Part shown: positions 19,587 to 28,783 of the stretch, piece by piece
Position numbering within the stretch: the stretch's first letter is position 1
Layout: every line of letters starts with the position of its first letter
Notes under the pieces: generated by a model
What the model saw: only the letters and a program-made list of their open reading frames with translations
Database searches by the model: none
What the model was told of the DNA's origin: nothing
Translations under genes and position numbers: made by a program
Source of the DNA: a bacterium
GTDB taxonomy: Bacteria > Patescibacteriota > Minisyncoccia > UBA6257 > GWB1-50-10
Length of the DNA stretch: 64,000 nucleotides
Reading direction: 5' to 3'
Assembly (NCBI GenBank): GCA_021791395.1
Contig: JAJYWR010000002.1
Coordinates: 17,043-81,042 of the forward strand

Positions 19587-20690
19587 ATGCCATTAGGAAG
19601 AGGATTATCATCGCTTATTCCGCCGAAAGACGGGGGTGAGAATGGGGGGGCGTCTTCGGAAGACACTGTCGTTTCTCCCCAGCGCGGAGAAACGCAGTTC
19701 GACTCTCGACCTCGCTCTTCCGTTCCAAACGGAAACCCTGCCCGCTCGGTCTCCGAGACGCTTCCTCAGGCACCTTCCCGTTCTCTTGGAGAAAGCAATT
19801 TGCCCGAGACATTTTCCTCAACAATCCCGCCACAGCATAACGAGAGGGAGGGTGTTGTAGAAAAAGAAAAAGAAGCGCTCAGGGAAGCGGTAACGCGTTT
19901 GCCACATGAAGCGGTGTTTCAAATCGAAACCTCGAAGATTGTCCCTAATCCTTTTCAACCGCGGCGCGAATTCGAGGACGGCGCGATCGACGAGCTTGCC
20001 GAATCCATCAAGCAGTTTGGCATCATTCAGCCGCTCATTGTTTCAAAAATAACCGAAGAAACGGAAACCGGAACGAATGTCTTTTATCAACTGATTGCCG
20101 GCGAGCGACGTTTCCGGGCAGCTAAAAAACTCGGTCTCGAACGAGTTCCTGCCATTGTGCGGGAAATTGATCATCCGGGGCGCAAGCTCGAACTTGCTCT
20201 CATTGAGAATATCCAGCGGCGGGATTTGAACCCAATTGAAGAAGCGAGAGCTTATTCGCGTCTACAGGACGAATTCAGCCTTACGCAAAAAGAAATCGCG
20301 GTTCGGGTGGGAAAAAGCCGAGAGGTCATAGCGAACAGTTTACGGCTTCTCAATTTGCCGCCGGACGTCCAGAAAGCTCTCGGCGAGGGAAAAGTAACGA
20401 GTTCGCAGGCAAGAATGCTGCTTTCAATTCCGAATGTATCCGATCAGGAGCGAACATTGCGTGAGATTCTGGACCAGAAACTTTCGGTGCGAGGCATCCG
20501 GACAGAGATCAAGCGACAGGTAGTGAATCATCCCGAAGATCCAGAAGTAATCTTTTTGAAAAAGAAACTTGAAGAGTATCTCGGCATGCCGGTTAAAATC
20601 ACCGATCTCGGCGGAAAGGGGAAGATCACAATTGACTTCTACTCGAAGGACGATATCAGAAATTTCATCGATAAGCTCGGCGGGGAATAA
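19587..20690 (+). CDS. parB: Chromosome partitioning protein ParB/Spo0J with a low-complexity N-terminal extension
   Basis: MPLGRGLSSLIP is a ParB-type N-terminus. The ParB box is PNPFQPRREF…LAESIKQFGIIQPLIV…LIAGERRFRAAKKLG, with a helix-turn-helix at TQKEIAVRVGKSREVIANSLRLLNLP. Confidence 0.85.
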   Translation: MPLGRGLSSLIPPKDGGENGGASSEDTVVSPQRGETQFDSRPRSSVPNGNPARSVSETLPQAPSRSLGESNLPETFSSTIPPQHNEREGVVEKEKEALREAVTRLPHEAVFQIETSKIVPNPFQPRREFEDGAIDELAESIKQFGIIQPLIVSKITEETETGTNVFYQLIAGERRFRAAKKLGLERVPAIVREIDHPGRKLELALIENIQRRDLNPIEEARAYSRLQDEFSLTQKEIAVRVGKSREVIANSLRLLNLPPDVQKALGEGKVTSSQARMLLSIPNVSDQERTLREILDQKLSVRGIRTEIKRQVVNHPEDPEVIFLKKKLEEYLGMPVKITDLGGKGKITIDFYSKDDIRNFIDKLGGE

Positions 20691-20805
20691 TCTCCCGATG
20701 CGAAGCCCCCGGGAGTCCCCAAATTGTTCATTGCGAAAATATTATTGTTTTTAAAATCCTCCGACCGCTTCGTTGGAATCAAGCCACAAAATATCGAACT
20801 CAACC

Positions 20806-20849
20806 CTGTGTCCTCACTTTTTCACCATGGTGAAAAAGTGAGGACACAG
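20806..20849. repeat. Perfect 44-bp palindrome (parS-like half-sites)
   Basis: CTGTGTCCTCACTTTTTCACCATGGTGAAAAAGTGAGGACACAG is exactly self-complementary around CCATGG. It contains TTTCAC…GTGAAA, as in parS TGTTTCACGTGAAACA, but split by CATG. Confidence 0.7.
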
Positions 20850-20963
20850 CGGGATTCAAACAAGCGATATTTTGCTTATTCCTTCCTCATCGCTCGGGAA
20901 TTTTAACGCAACCTCGAACAAGTTCACTCATAAGAAACAGAAAGGCCTTTTTTGCTATAATTC

Positions 20964-21386
20964 ATGGCAATGGAAGTAAAACAATTCGTGGCGGTGAGGG
21001 CGCTTATCGTCCATAACGGGAAAGTTCTCATCATCCGCGAATCAACAAAATACAAAGGGGGGTCGAACATCGGTAAATACGATCTTCCGGGTGGCAAAAT
21101 AAAACCAGGAGAAACGTATCAGCAAGCGCTCGAACGAGAATCGCTTGAGGAGTGCGGATTGAAAATGAAAATCGGGAAGCCGTTCTTCGTCGATGAGTGG
21201 TGGCCGGAGGTGGCAAACGGCGAAGTACAGATCATCGGCATTTTTTTTGAATGTTTCGCCGAAAACAATCAAGTCATTCTGAGCAACGACCATGATGATT
21301 ATCAATGGATCGATCCCGGGGATTATCGTAAATTCAGTATGATCGAAGCCGATAGGAAAGCGCTTGAAACTTACCTCGGAAAGTAA
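20964..21386 (+). CDS. NUDIX hydrolase
   Basis: Nudix box GGKIKPGETYQQALERESLEECGL (Gx5Ex7REUxEExGU). Confidence 0.7.
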   Translation: MAMEVKQFVAVRALIVHNGKVLIIRESTKYKGGSNIGKYDLPGGKIKPGETYQQALERESLEECGLKMKIGKPFFVDEWWPEVANGEVQIIGIFFECFAENNQVILSNDHDDYQWIDPGDYRKFSMIEADRKALETYLGK

Positions 21387-21394
21387 GTGAATAT

Positions 21395-21976
21395 ATGGGC
21401 GTTAAGTTCTTGTTTGGGATAATCGGCGGGATTTTGAATGTCGTTAGTTTCATTCCGTATCTCCTTGATATTTTCAAGGGGAAAACGAAACCGCATTCGT
21501 ATACCTGGCTCATCTGGAGCATCATCCAAACCACCGGAACGATCGCCATTTTCCTGAACGGCGGTGCGTACGGCGCGTTGGGACTCGCAATCGGATCTCT
21601 GTTTTGCATAGCCATCTTCTTTCTGTCGTTCAAGTACGGCACCCGGAACGTCACCAAATTTGACAGCACTCTTTTAATTGGCGCACTCCTTGCAATCCTC
21701 GTCTGGATTTTTACGAAGAACGCCCTCTATTCGATTATTCTTGTTTCAGTAATTGATTTTTCAGGATATCTGCCGACCGCCCGCAAGGGATACGAAGAAC
21801 CCCATACCGAAACGATTTCTCTTTATGTTATGAACGCGATGACGGATATTCTGGGGCTTTTGGCGCTCTCGACGTATTCAGCGACCACGGTTTTGTACCT
21901 CGCGACGCTCCTTTTCGCCAACACTTCGTTGGTTACCCTACTTACCTTGAGAAGGAGGCGGGTTTCAGCGGTATAA
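21395..21976 (+). CDS. Polytopic membrane protein (paralog of 4228..4812)
   Basis: Shares SFIPYLLDIFKGKTKPHSYTWLIWSI and KGYEEPHTET motifs with the 4228 ORF. About 6 TM helices. Confidence 0.4.
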   Translation: MGVKFLFGIIGGILNVVSFIPYLLDIFKGKTKPHSYTWLIWSIIQTTGTIAIFLNGGAYGALGLAIGSLFCIAIFFLSFKYGTRNVTKFDSTLLIGALLAILVWIFTKNALYSIILVSVIDFSGYLPTARKGYEEPHTETISLYVMNAMTDILGLLALSTYSATTVLYLATLLFANTSLVTLLTLRRRRVSAV

Positions 21977-21984
21977 TAATTAAT

Positions 21985-22434
21985 ATGCAAAAATTCAAGC
22001 CGAAACGGGGGCAGGTTGATTACCGGAATATCCGCTGGGCGCCGGTCGTGAATTGCGTCGTGCGGTACCGCGGGAAAATCCTTCTCGTACGGCGGAATGG
22101 CGATATGCATTTCTATCCGGGGTACTACAACGGCATCTCGGGGTTTTTGGACGACCATAAGAGTTTAGAAGAAAAAGTGATAGAGGAATTGCGGGAAGAG
22201 CTTGGTATTGCGAAAAAGGAGATAAAGAAAATAAAAGTCGGTATTCCCTTTGATCAAGATGAGCCGAAATACCGGAAAACCTGGATCGTCCATCCGGTTC
22301 TCGTCGACATCACAACTGACAAGGTACGTCTCGACTGGGAAGCGGAAAAATACCGCTGGGTAAAGCCAGCCGAAGCAAGAAAGCTGAAACTCCTCCCCGG
22401 TTTTAAGAATGTCCTGAAGGCAGTCAATTTATAA
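21985..22434 (+). CDS. NUDIX hydrolase
   Basis: Nudix box GFLDDHKSLEEKVIEELREELGI. Confidence 0.65.
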   Translation: MQKFKPKRGQVDYRNIRWAPVVNCVVRYRGKILLVRRNGDMHFYPGYYNGISGFLDDHKSLEEKVIEELREELGIAKKEIKKIKVGIPFDQDEPKYRKTWIVHPVLVDITTDKVRLDWEAEKYRWVKPAEARKLKLLPGFKNVLKAVNL

Positions 22435-22438
22435 AACA

Positions 22439-22843
22439 ATGAAAAAGAAAAAGATCATCATAGCGGGAAGCGCAAAACTCCAAGAAGAGATAAAAGAATG
22501 GATTGTCTACTGGAAAGGGAAGGGTTGTACCGTGATTGATTTTCCGCACAGTATTTCTAAGAAAACTTTCAATAAAACGTATCCCGGCGTCCATAAGAGA
22601 TTCTATGCCGATATCCTGAAGGCAGATGTCTTTTTTATTGCGAACGGAAAGAAAAACGGCATCGCGGGGTACATCGGTCCGGAAACATTCGCCGAAATAG
22701 CATTCGCGGTGATCCGAAAGATCTCGAATAAGCAAAGGATCAAGATTGTACTCGCCCGTATGCCGGCGAAGAAAGTCGCTTCGTACCAAGAAATAGAACG
22801 ATGGCTACGCTTAGGTTGGATCGATGAGGTGTTGCACAAATGA
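22439..22843 (+). CDS. Nucleoside 2-deoxyribosyltransferase-like protein
   Basis: IIIAGS at the N-terminus and GYIGPETFAEIAFA near the C-terminus resemble the NDT-family motifs (AGPxF … GTAFExGYAxAxGKP). The assignment is weak. Confidence 0.3.
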   Translation: MKKKKIIIAGSAKLQEEIKEWIVYWKGKGCTVIDFPHSISKKTFNKTYPGVHKRFYADILKADVFFIANGKKNGIAGYIGPETFAEIAFAVIRKISNKQRIKIVLARMPAKKVASYQEIERWLRLGWIDEVLHK

Positions 22844-23103
22844 AAATCATTGCCTGGAACGTGAATGGGTTGCGATCGGTCGAGAGAAACGGCTTTTCGG
22901 CATGGCTTAAAAAGAGCGGTGCCGACATCGTTTGCGTGTACGACAAAGACGGTTACATCGGTAACAGTACGACGCTCGAGATAGGATATGCCGTAGGAGC
23001 CGGGAAACCGATTTACGCGCTCGCCGCCGCCGAAGAGTTATGCCGACACGTTCTTTTCAGAGAAATCGTCACCTCGCCGGAAGAATTAGTGAAAAAGCTG
23101 TAA
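22840..23103 (+). CDS. Chimeric ORF joining the xthA 5' end (33 aa) to a deoxyribosyltransferase-like C-terminus
   Basis: The first 99 nt are about 90% identical to the xthA start at 24872, with a 62-nt exact core. The C-terminal YIGNSTTLEIGYAVGAGKPIYALA matches the NDT-family C-terminal motif. It is probably a recombination scar rather than a functional gene. Confidence 0.3.
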   Translation: MKIIAWNVNGLRSVERNGFSAWLKKSGADIVCVYDKDGYIGNSTTLEIGYAVGAGKPIYALAAAEELCRHVLFREIVTSPEELVKKL

Positions 23104-23774
23104 TTGTCGACAACGTGACCCCCAAATTCATCCAGGCAAATTGCATTGAGGGAAATCGTACCGACCTACGACAAGCTCGAGTGGTTTTCGAACGCAAGCC
23201 GGATATCATATTTTTCGAGATGCCCGCCGACACACTGGCACCTCTTTTCAATAAATACGACCCCGAACGTAAGCCACACGAGAAAGTAGAAAAAATAAAG
23301 GAATATTTGACGCGTGCGTCAAAGAAATATCCTTATGCCCGATCCGATCTTCGCGTGTGGGAAAATATCGAGTCGCTATGGCGCAACGGCCACAATGTTC
23401 TAATCTACAATATTGACGCTCCGCAGGAATTGCGGCTGCGTCACAATAAATACCACACCGATACACTGTACTCCGTAGCGAAAAAAGATTTGTCCTTTTG
23501 CGTCTATCTCTACGTCCGAGAGCGCTATATGCTGAAGAGTATAAATTCAGCACTCAAAAATTATAGGGAGAAGCGAAGACCAATTGTCGCTGTTTTTCTC
23601 CAGAGTATTCACTGGGACCATGTGAAATTCATGATGAAGAACCCATCGAAGGAAAAAATCTGGCAATATTACTTCGGGAGGTTCTCTAATTTGAAACCGT
23701 CAACCATCGGCGAGTGTATCAAGAGAGAGGATAAAATTTTGTATAAATACTGGAAAAAGATTGCACAGTTTTAA
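23040..23774 (+). CDS. Hypothetical protein
   Basis: A long ORF with no recognisable motifs. The true start is uncertain; internal ATG candidates include 23220. Confidence 0.3.
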   Translation: MPTRSFQRNRHLAGRISEKAVIVDNVTPKFIQANCIEGNRTDLRQARVVFERKPDIIFFEMPADTLAPLFNKYDPERKPHEKVEKIKEYLTRASKKYPYARSDLRVWENIESLWRNGHNVLIYNIDAPQELRLRHNKYHTDTLYSVAKKDLSFCVYLYVRERYMLKSINSALKNYREKRRPIVAVFLQSIHWDHVKFMMKNPSKEKIWQYYFGRFSNLKPSTIGECIKREDKILYKYWKKIAQF

Positions 23775-23782
23775 TTAGTAAA

Positions 23783-24244
23783 ATGAAAAATAAAATAAAA
23801 TTCATCATTTTCGACTGGGGAGGAACATTGCATGATCCAATGGCAAAAGAATTGTTTCCGGGAACTGTGGAAGTTTTGGATAAACTCTCGAAAGCGTATA
23901 CTCTCGCACTCGTCTCATTGGCCAAAAGCCAGCCATATGCGGAACGGATGAAATCGATCGAAGAGAACGGCATTGTTCCATATTTCAAGAAAATCCTCGT
24001 AGATGAAGAAGATAAAGACGACTTATATGAAAAGCTTGTGCGGGATTTCAATATGAAGCCGGAAAACATTGCCGTCGTTGACGACAGAACCATCCGCGGT
24101 ATCGCGTGGGGAAACCGGCGAGGTACGATGACGGTCTGGGTCAAGCGGGGAAGATTCGCCAATGAATTACCTAATGAGATAACCGGTGAGCCAACTCATA
24201 CTATCGAAGATCTTAATGAGTTATTGGCAGGCGGTATACTATAG
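23783..24244 (+). CDS. HAD-superfamily hydrolase-like protein
   Basis: FIIFDWGGTL is HAD motif I (DxDGT-type), and a late VVDDR is a candidate motif IV. Confidence 0.5.
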   Translation: MKNKIKFIIFDWGGTLHDPMAKELFPGTVEVLDKLSKAYTLALVSLAKSQPYAERMKSIEENGIVPYFKKILVDEEDKDDLYEKLVRDFNMKPENIAVVDDRTIRGIAWGNRRGTMTVWVKRGRFANELPNEITGEPTHTIEDLNELLAGGIL

Positions 24245-24267
24245 TATACCGCCTCGCATTTGAGTAA

Positions 24268-24828
24268 CTATTCTTTTACGGAGAGGATTTTTGCCTGGTA
24301 GATGGTGCCGATGACTTGGATGGTGCCCATGATGACGAAGAGCGCCGTGAACGAAAAGTAATTCACGATCAGGCCGCCGATGAATATTGATATGCCGGTG
24401 ATGAGTTCTTCGGTGCCGTGTTCGAGACCCCAAATGAAACCAGCTCTCTTTTTGTCTTCAAATTTTGCGTAGAGTGCGTCCCAGGTCGGGTCGGCGAAAG
24501 CAAGAGCGACGCCGAGTCCCGCCTGAACCGCAAAAAGCGCTACGGGCGTATGAATAAAGAGATAGCAGAAGGTGAAGACGGCGTTTAAGGCGTATCCCAA
24601 AACCATGAGCCGGGCGTGACCTATCCGATCCGATATGCGACCGATGAAAACTTCCAGGCCGCCGGTCACGAGAAGATAAATAGCCCATGCCCATGAGATG
24701 TCGAGGACATTCCCGCCGATCCTGCCGGCAAAGATCGCGAAGAGGGGTCCGAAGAGCCCTTCGCCGAACCACCAGAAACTTGCGCCGGCGAGAAGTATTT
24801 TTTCTTCTTTCTTCATTCGTTTTTTCAT
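24268..24828 (-). CDS. MFS-like membrane protein (half-size, roughly 6 TM)
   Basis: Hydrophobic repeats with G-rich TM helices and the MFS-like loop GRISDRIGHAR (G-x-x-x-D-R/K-x-G-R). The start was set at the ATG at 24828 so it does not run into xthA on the other strand. Confidence 0.45.
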   Translation of the reverse strand: MKKRMKKEEKILLAGASFWWFGEGLFGPLFAIFAGRIGGNVLDISWAWAIYLLVTGGLEVFIGRISDRIGHARLMVLGYALNAVFTFCYLFIHTPVALFAVQAGLGVALAFADPTWDALYAKFEDKKRAGFIWGLEHGTEELITGISIFIGGLIVNYFSFTALFVIMGTIQVIGTIYQAKILSVKE

Positions 24829-24871
24829 TATAACCCAATCTAAATGTTTATGGTAAGATTGATTTGCGATC

Positions 24872-25636
24872 ATGAAGGTCATTTCTTGGAATGTCAACGG
24901 GTTGCGGTCGGTCGAGAGAAACGGCTTTTCGGCATGGCTTAAAAAGAGCGGTGCCGACATCGTTTGCGTCGAGGAAGTCAAAGCGCAACGGGAGCAGATC
25001 CCCGAGGACCTGCTTTCGCTCAAGGGATACTACCTTTACATTAATCAAGCCGAAAAGAAAGGGTACAGCGGCGTCGCAGTTTTCACCAAAGAAAAGTCCT
25101 TGAGGGAAAACTATAAACTCGGGCTCAAGCGCTTTGACGAAGAGGGGAGAATGATCGAACTGGAATATAAAAACTTCATTTTCATCGCGCTCTATCTGCC
25201 GCACGGCGGAAGATTCAAGGAAAATCTGCCGTACAAACTGGAGGTTTACAACCATCTCTTGGGTCATCTTCGGAAGTTGAAAAATAAAAACGTGATCTTG
25301 GCGGGGGATTTTAATATCGCCCATGAAGACATCGATCTTGCGCGGCCGAATGGAAACCGCAACAACATCATGTTTACGCCGGAAGAGCGGAAGCAATTAA
25401 ATAATTTGATCGCGAGCGGCTTCACGGATACCTTCAGGGAATTCCATAAAGAGGGCGGTAAGTACACCTGGTGGCCATATTTCGCGAACGCCCGCGAGCG
25501 GAATCTCGGCTGGCGGATCGATTATGTGTTCGTTTCAAAATCTCTTTCGAAAAAGCTCAAAGACGCCTTTATTTTGAATAAGGTTCCCGGTTCCGATCAT
25601 TGTCCCGTCGGCATCAGCATTGAAGCAAATAAATGA
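24872..25636 (+). CDS. xthA: Exodeoxyribonuclease III (AP endonuclease)
   Basis: ISWNVNGLRS…DIVCVEEVK, LAGDFNIAHEDIDL and GSDHCPV are exonuclease III / EEP active-site motifs. Confidence 0.85.
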   Translation: MKVISWNVNGLRSVERNGFSAWLKKSGADIVCVEEVKAQREQIPEDLLSLKGYYLYINQAEKKGYSGVAVFTKEKSLRENYKLGLKRFDEEGRMIELEYKNFIFIALYLPHGGRFKENLPYKLEVYNHLLGHLRKLKNKNVILAGDFNIAHEDIDLARPNGNRNNIMFTPEERKQLNNLIASGFTDTFREFHKEGGKYTWWPYFANARERNLGWRIDYVFVSKSLSKKLKDAFILNKVPGSDHCPVGISIEANK

Positions 25637-26655
25637 ACGTTAAATTGACCAATGTTATAAACAAGTTGTATGGAATACGTGTTGCAAAAAGCAGGGTTGT
25701 GCGGGAAGGATTTTTGAGCCGCAACCATGTTCTTTTTTCTAAAAATGACAAATATTTCCTCAAGCAGTATCGTTTTTCGGACAAGAATAAAATCGCGGAG
25801 ATCCACCGTGTGAAGCGATTGTTCGCCGAAAACGGCATACCCGTCATCTTACCGTTGCGCAATAAAAAACACTTCACGTATTTCCGCTTTGAGGGTAATT
25901 ATTACGCGCTGTTCCCTTTTGTGGGAGGTAAGAAATTATCCTCGCGACAACTTTCGGTCAAAGCCCTGAGATCGGCGGGAGCGATGCTCGCCGACATGCA
26001 CGTGATAAATAAAAACAAACCGCCGATACGATTGGAAAACCGATTTGAACCCTGGAATAAAAAAGAATTTCTCGTAAAAGCAAAGAAGATACTCATTATC
26101 GTGGAACGCAAGAAGTCGAAAAGCAGCTTTGATCGGCTGGCGATAAAAACGCTGAAGGGAAAGATTGCGCTTGCCGAGAAAAACACGGTTCGATTCGAGG
26201 ATTTGAATTTAAAAAACGACCACGTAACGCACGGCGATTATCACGAAAACAACATGTTTTTCGACGATAATGATACCATTGCTTGGGTCTTCGATTTCGA
26301 AAAGGCGAAACTAGCTCCGAGGGTCGTTGAAGTCGTGCGTTCGGCGGTACTCATCTGCTTCGACGGAAAATTCACGCCGAAGAATTTTAAAAGAGCGGCC
26401 GAATATCTTCGGGCTTATAGCAAGATATATCCCCTGAAACAAGTCGAAGTTCGGGATGGCATGAAAGCCTTTTCCTTCAAACACCTCCATTCTTTATGGG
26501 TGGAAACCGAACATTACCTGAAGCACAATCGTCGGGTTGATAAATTCATCAAAACCGATCTTGATGAATACGATTTTGTCGATAGGAATTCCGAAAAACT
26601 TATTTCTCTTTTTACTGATCCCGCAGGCGACTCTATCTCAGAAACTTATAGCTGA
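25633..26655 (+). CDS. Phosphotransferase-family kinase (APH/choline-kinase fold)
   Basis: HGDYHENNMFFDD (Brenner motif HGDxxxxN) and VFDFEKA (DFE/DFG). Confidence 0.55.
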   Translation: MNVKLTNVINKLYGIRVAKSRVVREGFLSRNHVLFSKNDKYFLKQYRFSDKNKIAEIHRVKRLFAENGIPVILPLRNKKHFTYFRFEGNYYALFPFVGGKKLSSRQLSVKALRSAGAMLADMHVINKNKPPIRLENRFEPWNKKEFLVKAKKILIIVERKKSKSSFDRLAIKTLKGKIALAEKNTVRFEDLNLKNDHVTHGDYHENNMFFDDNDTIAWVFDFEKAKLAPRVVEVVRSAVLICFDGKFTPKNFKRAAEYLRAYSKIYPLKQVEVRDGMKAFSFKHLHSLWVETEHYLKHNRRVDKFIKTDLDEYDFVDRNSEKLISLFTDPAGDSISETYS

Positions 26656-28327
26656 CCTCTTTGGTGCCCGGTACTCTTTTTATCTTCACTATTAAAGTTT
26701 CTATTTTAGGTTGGGACATAGCTGGACATCTTATCGTGACGTTCGAAAACGTCGAACGATGATCGGTCTCGCTCGTGAGATATATAATATTTATCTTCGA
26801 ATTGGCGAAGATTTCGGTGATGTCCTTCAAAAAGCCGGGCCGGTCGGCGTTCACGACTTTAAATTCAACGGCTTTCGGGGCTGCTTTGCCGATGAGTTTA
26901 CGCTCATTCTCGTTGATCGCGCTTTTAACCTTTTTCCGCGCTTCACTCGTTTTTACAAAGCGGAGCCATCCCTCAGTCGGTTTTTTGCCTTTTTGCGTCA
27001 CGATTTCGACGACATCGCCCGACTTCAACTCATAATCCAAAGGTGTGATCTTTCCATTCACGCGAGCGCCTACGCAGCTGTCGCCGATTTGAGAGTGGAT
27101 ACGATAAGCAAAATCGACCGGGGTCGAACCGGCTGGCAGATCGATAACATCGTTATGCGGCGTGAAGACAAAGATGCGATCCTTGAAGAAATCGACCTTC
27201 ACGGCATTCAAAAATTCCTCTTGGCTCGCGAATTTTTTTTGCCAATTTTGCAGTTGCTGCACCCACATGAGCTCCTTTTTGTTTTTAACACCCTTCCAAC
27301 CCATGAGCTTTTGCGAAGATTTTTTGACCTGCTCATAGGCCCAGTGAGCGGCGATACCAAGCTCGTTTTCTTCGTGCATTTCTTTCGTTTTGATTTGAAC
27401 TTCGAGAATCTTGTTGTCGATGCAGAAGACGGTTGTATGCAAGCTTCGGTAACCGTTCGGTTTCGGCCGTGCGATGTAATCCTTGAAGCGGCCGGGCATC
27501 GGGGGCCACATGGCGTGGATCACCCCCAATGCGGCGTAACATTCCTCAACGGTCTTGACGATAATGCGGAGCGCCACGAGATCGTGGATCTCATTCAAGT
27601 TCATGTTGTGTCGGAGAAGTTTCTTGTATAAACTAAAATATCGCTTTGCGCGGGCATCGATGGCGATCGGTTTAATGTGGTGCCCCGCGAGCGCCTTCTC
27701 AATGAGCGGAAGGACTTTTCGGACATACTCTTGTCGTTCTTCGTACGTCTCTTTTACTTCGTGAATGAGCCATTGGTATTCTTCCGGATGAATGTAGGGA
27801 AAGGCGAGATCTTCGAGCTCGCCGGAGAGCTTCTGCATACCGAGGCGGTAAGCGAGCGGAGCATAAATTTCCGCAGTTTCGAGCGCGAACAGTTTCTGTC
27901 GTTCTTCGGGTAAAAACTGGAGCGTCCGCATATTATGAAGGCGATCTGCGAGTTTGATGATGAGAACACGGAGATCTTCGCTAAACGCGATGATAAATTT
28001 CCGCAAGTTTTCCGCATCTTGGTTTTTGGGGATGGCGATGTTTTGTAATTTTGTGAGGCCTTGCACAAGGAATGCGATTTCATCTCCGAATTCTTTCCGG
28101 ATGTCTTCAACGGTGATGGAAGAATCTTCAACGACGTCATGGAGGAGTGCTGCAGCGACGGAATTTTCGTCGAGGCCCCATGAGTGCACGGCTTCGGCCA
28201 CGGCAAGCGGGTGAACGATATACGGATCGCCGTTCATGCGCTGTTCTCCTTCATGGGCTTTCAGGGCGACTTCGTACGCCTTCTCAAGGAGTGGGGAATG
28301 TATTTTTTCAAGCCAAGCGGTTGACAT
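26633..28327 (-). CDS. rel: Bifunctional (p)ppGpp synthetase/hydrolase RelA/SpoT family
   Basis: HD-domain motifs (HPLAVAEAV…LLHDVVEDS), the synthetase motif (RFKDYIARPKPNGYRSLHTTV), and TGS/ACT-like C-terminal parts. The start is at MSTAWLEKI, since the upstream extension of the ORF is a compositional artefact. Confidence 0.8.
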   Translation of the reverse strand: MSTAWLEKIHSPLLEKAYEVALKAHEGEQRMNGDPYIVHPLAVAEAVHSWGLDENSVAAALLHDVVEDSSITVEDIRKEFGDEIAFLVQGLTKLQNIAIPKNQDAENLRKFIIAFSEDLRVLIIKLADRLHNMRTLQFLPEERQKLFALETAEIYAPLAYRLGMQKLSGELEDLAFPYIHPEEYQWLIHEVKETYEERQEYVRKVLPLIEKALAGHHIKPIAIDARAKRYFSLYKKLLRHNMNLNEIHDLVALRIIVKTVEECYAALGVIHAMWPPMPGRFKDYIARPKPNGYRSLHTTVFCIDNKILEVQIKTKEMHEENELGIAAHWAYEQVKKSSQKLMGWKGVKNKKELMWVQQLQNWQKKFASQEEFLNAVKVDFFKDRIFVFTPHNDVIDLPAGSTPVDFAYRIHSQIGDSCVGARVNGKITPLDYELKSGDVVEIVTQKGKKPTEGWLRFVKTSEARKKVKSAINENERKLIGKAAPKAVEFKVVNADRPGFLKDITEIFANSKINIIYLTSETDHRSTFSNVTIRCPAMSQPKIETLIVKIKRVPGTKEVSYKFLR

Positions 28328-28358
28328 ATTATTAAAATTATAGTGCTTATAAAAGCCG

Positions 28359-28387
28359 TTGACAAATTGGGGAACAAAAAATAGAAT
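28359..28387 (+). promoter_or_regulatory. Sigma-70-type promoter (TTGACA-17-TAGAAT) for groES-groEL
   Basis: gTTGACAaattggggaacaaaaaaTAGAATtag. Confidence 0.5.
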
Positions 28388-28413
28388 TAGCACTAAAAGG
28401 TCAATGTTGCTAA
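28387..28413 (+). promoter_or_regulatory. CIRCE-like operator upstream of groES
   Basis: TTAGCACTA-N9-TGTTGCTAA is an imperfect inverted repeat close to the CIRCE consensus. It overlaps the -10 region and the likely transcription start. Confidence 0.5.
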
Positions 28414-28423
28414 TAAAAGTAAA

Positions 28424-28720
28424 ATGAATGTAAAACCATTGTCGAGTCGCGTGTTCGTCGAACTTATTGTGGACGAGCAAAAAACGACCAAATCGGGGAT
28501 TGTCCTTCCCGACACGGTCGACAAAAAAGAACAAACGAAAGGTGTCGTCATTGCCGTCGGTCCCGGAAAATTCCAAAACGGAACCCGCATCGCGTCGGAC
28601 GTAAAACCGGGAGACAAAATACTCTTCTCGAAGCCGTGGGGCGACGATAAGAAAATCGAAGAAGGGGGGAAGATATATTTTTTGGTCGATGAGGACGATA
28701 TTTTGGCAATAATCGAGTAG
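28424..28720 (+). CDS. groES: Co-chaperonin GroES
   Basis: 98 aa with KPL.DRV.V…GIVLPD…GxVxAVGPG. Confidence 0.9.
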   Translation: MNVKPLSSRVFVELIVDEQKTTKSGIVLPDTVDKKEQTKGVVIAVGPGKFQNGTRIASDVKPGDKILFSKPWGDDKKIEEGGKIYFLVDEDDILAIIE

Positions 28721-28783
28721 GGGGTATTCAGTAGTTAGCATGAAGAACACTAAATACCAGATACTAAATATCAAACACTAAAA

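Noticed and set aside
26711-27631. 306-aa plus-strand ORF overlapping the RelA/SpoT gene.
   Set aside because: It is antisense to a gene with clear HD and synthetase motifs and has no recognisable features of its own.
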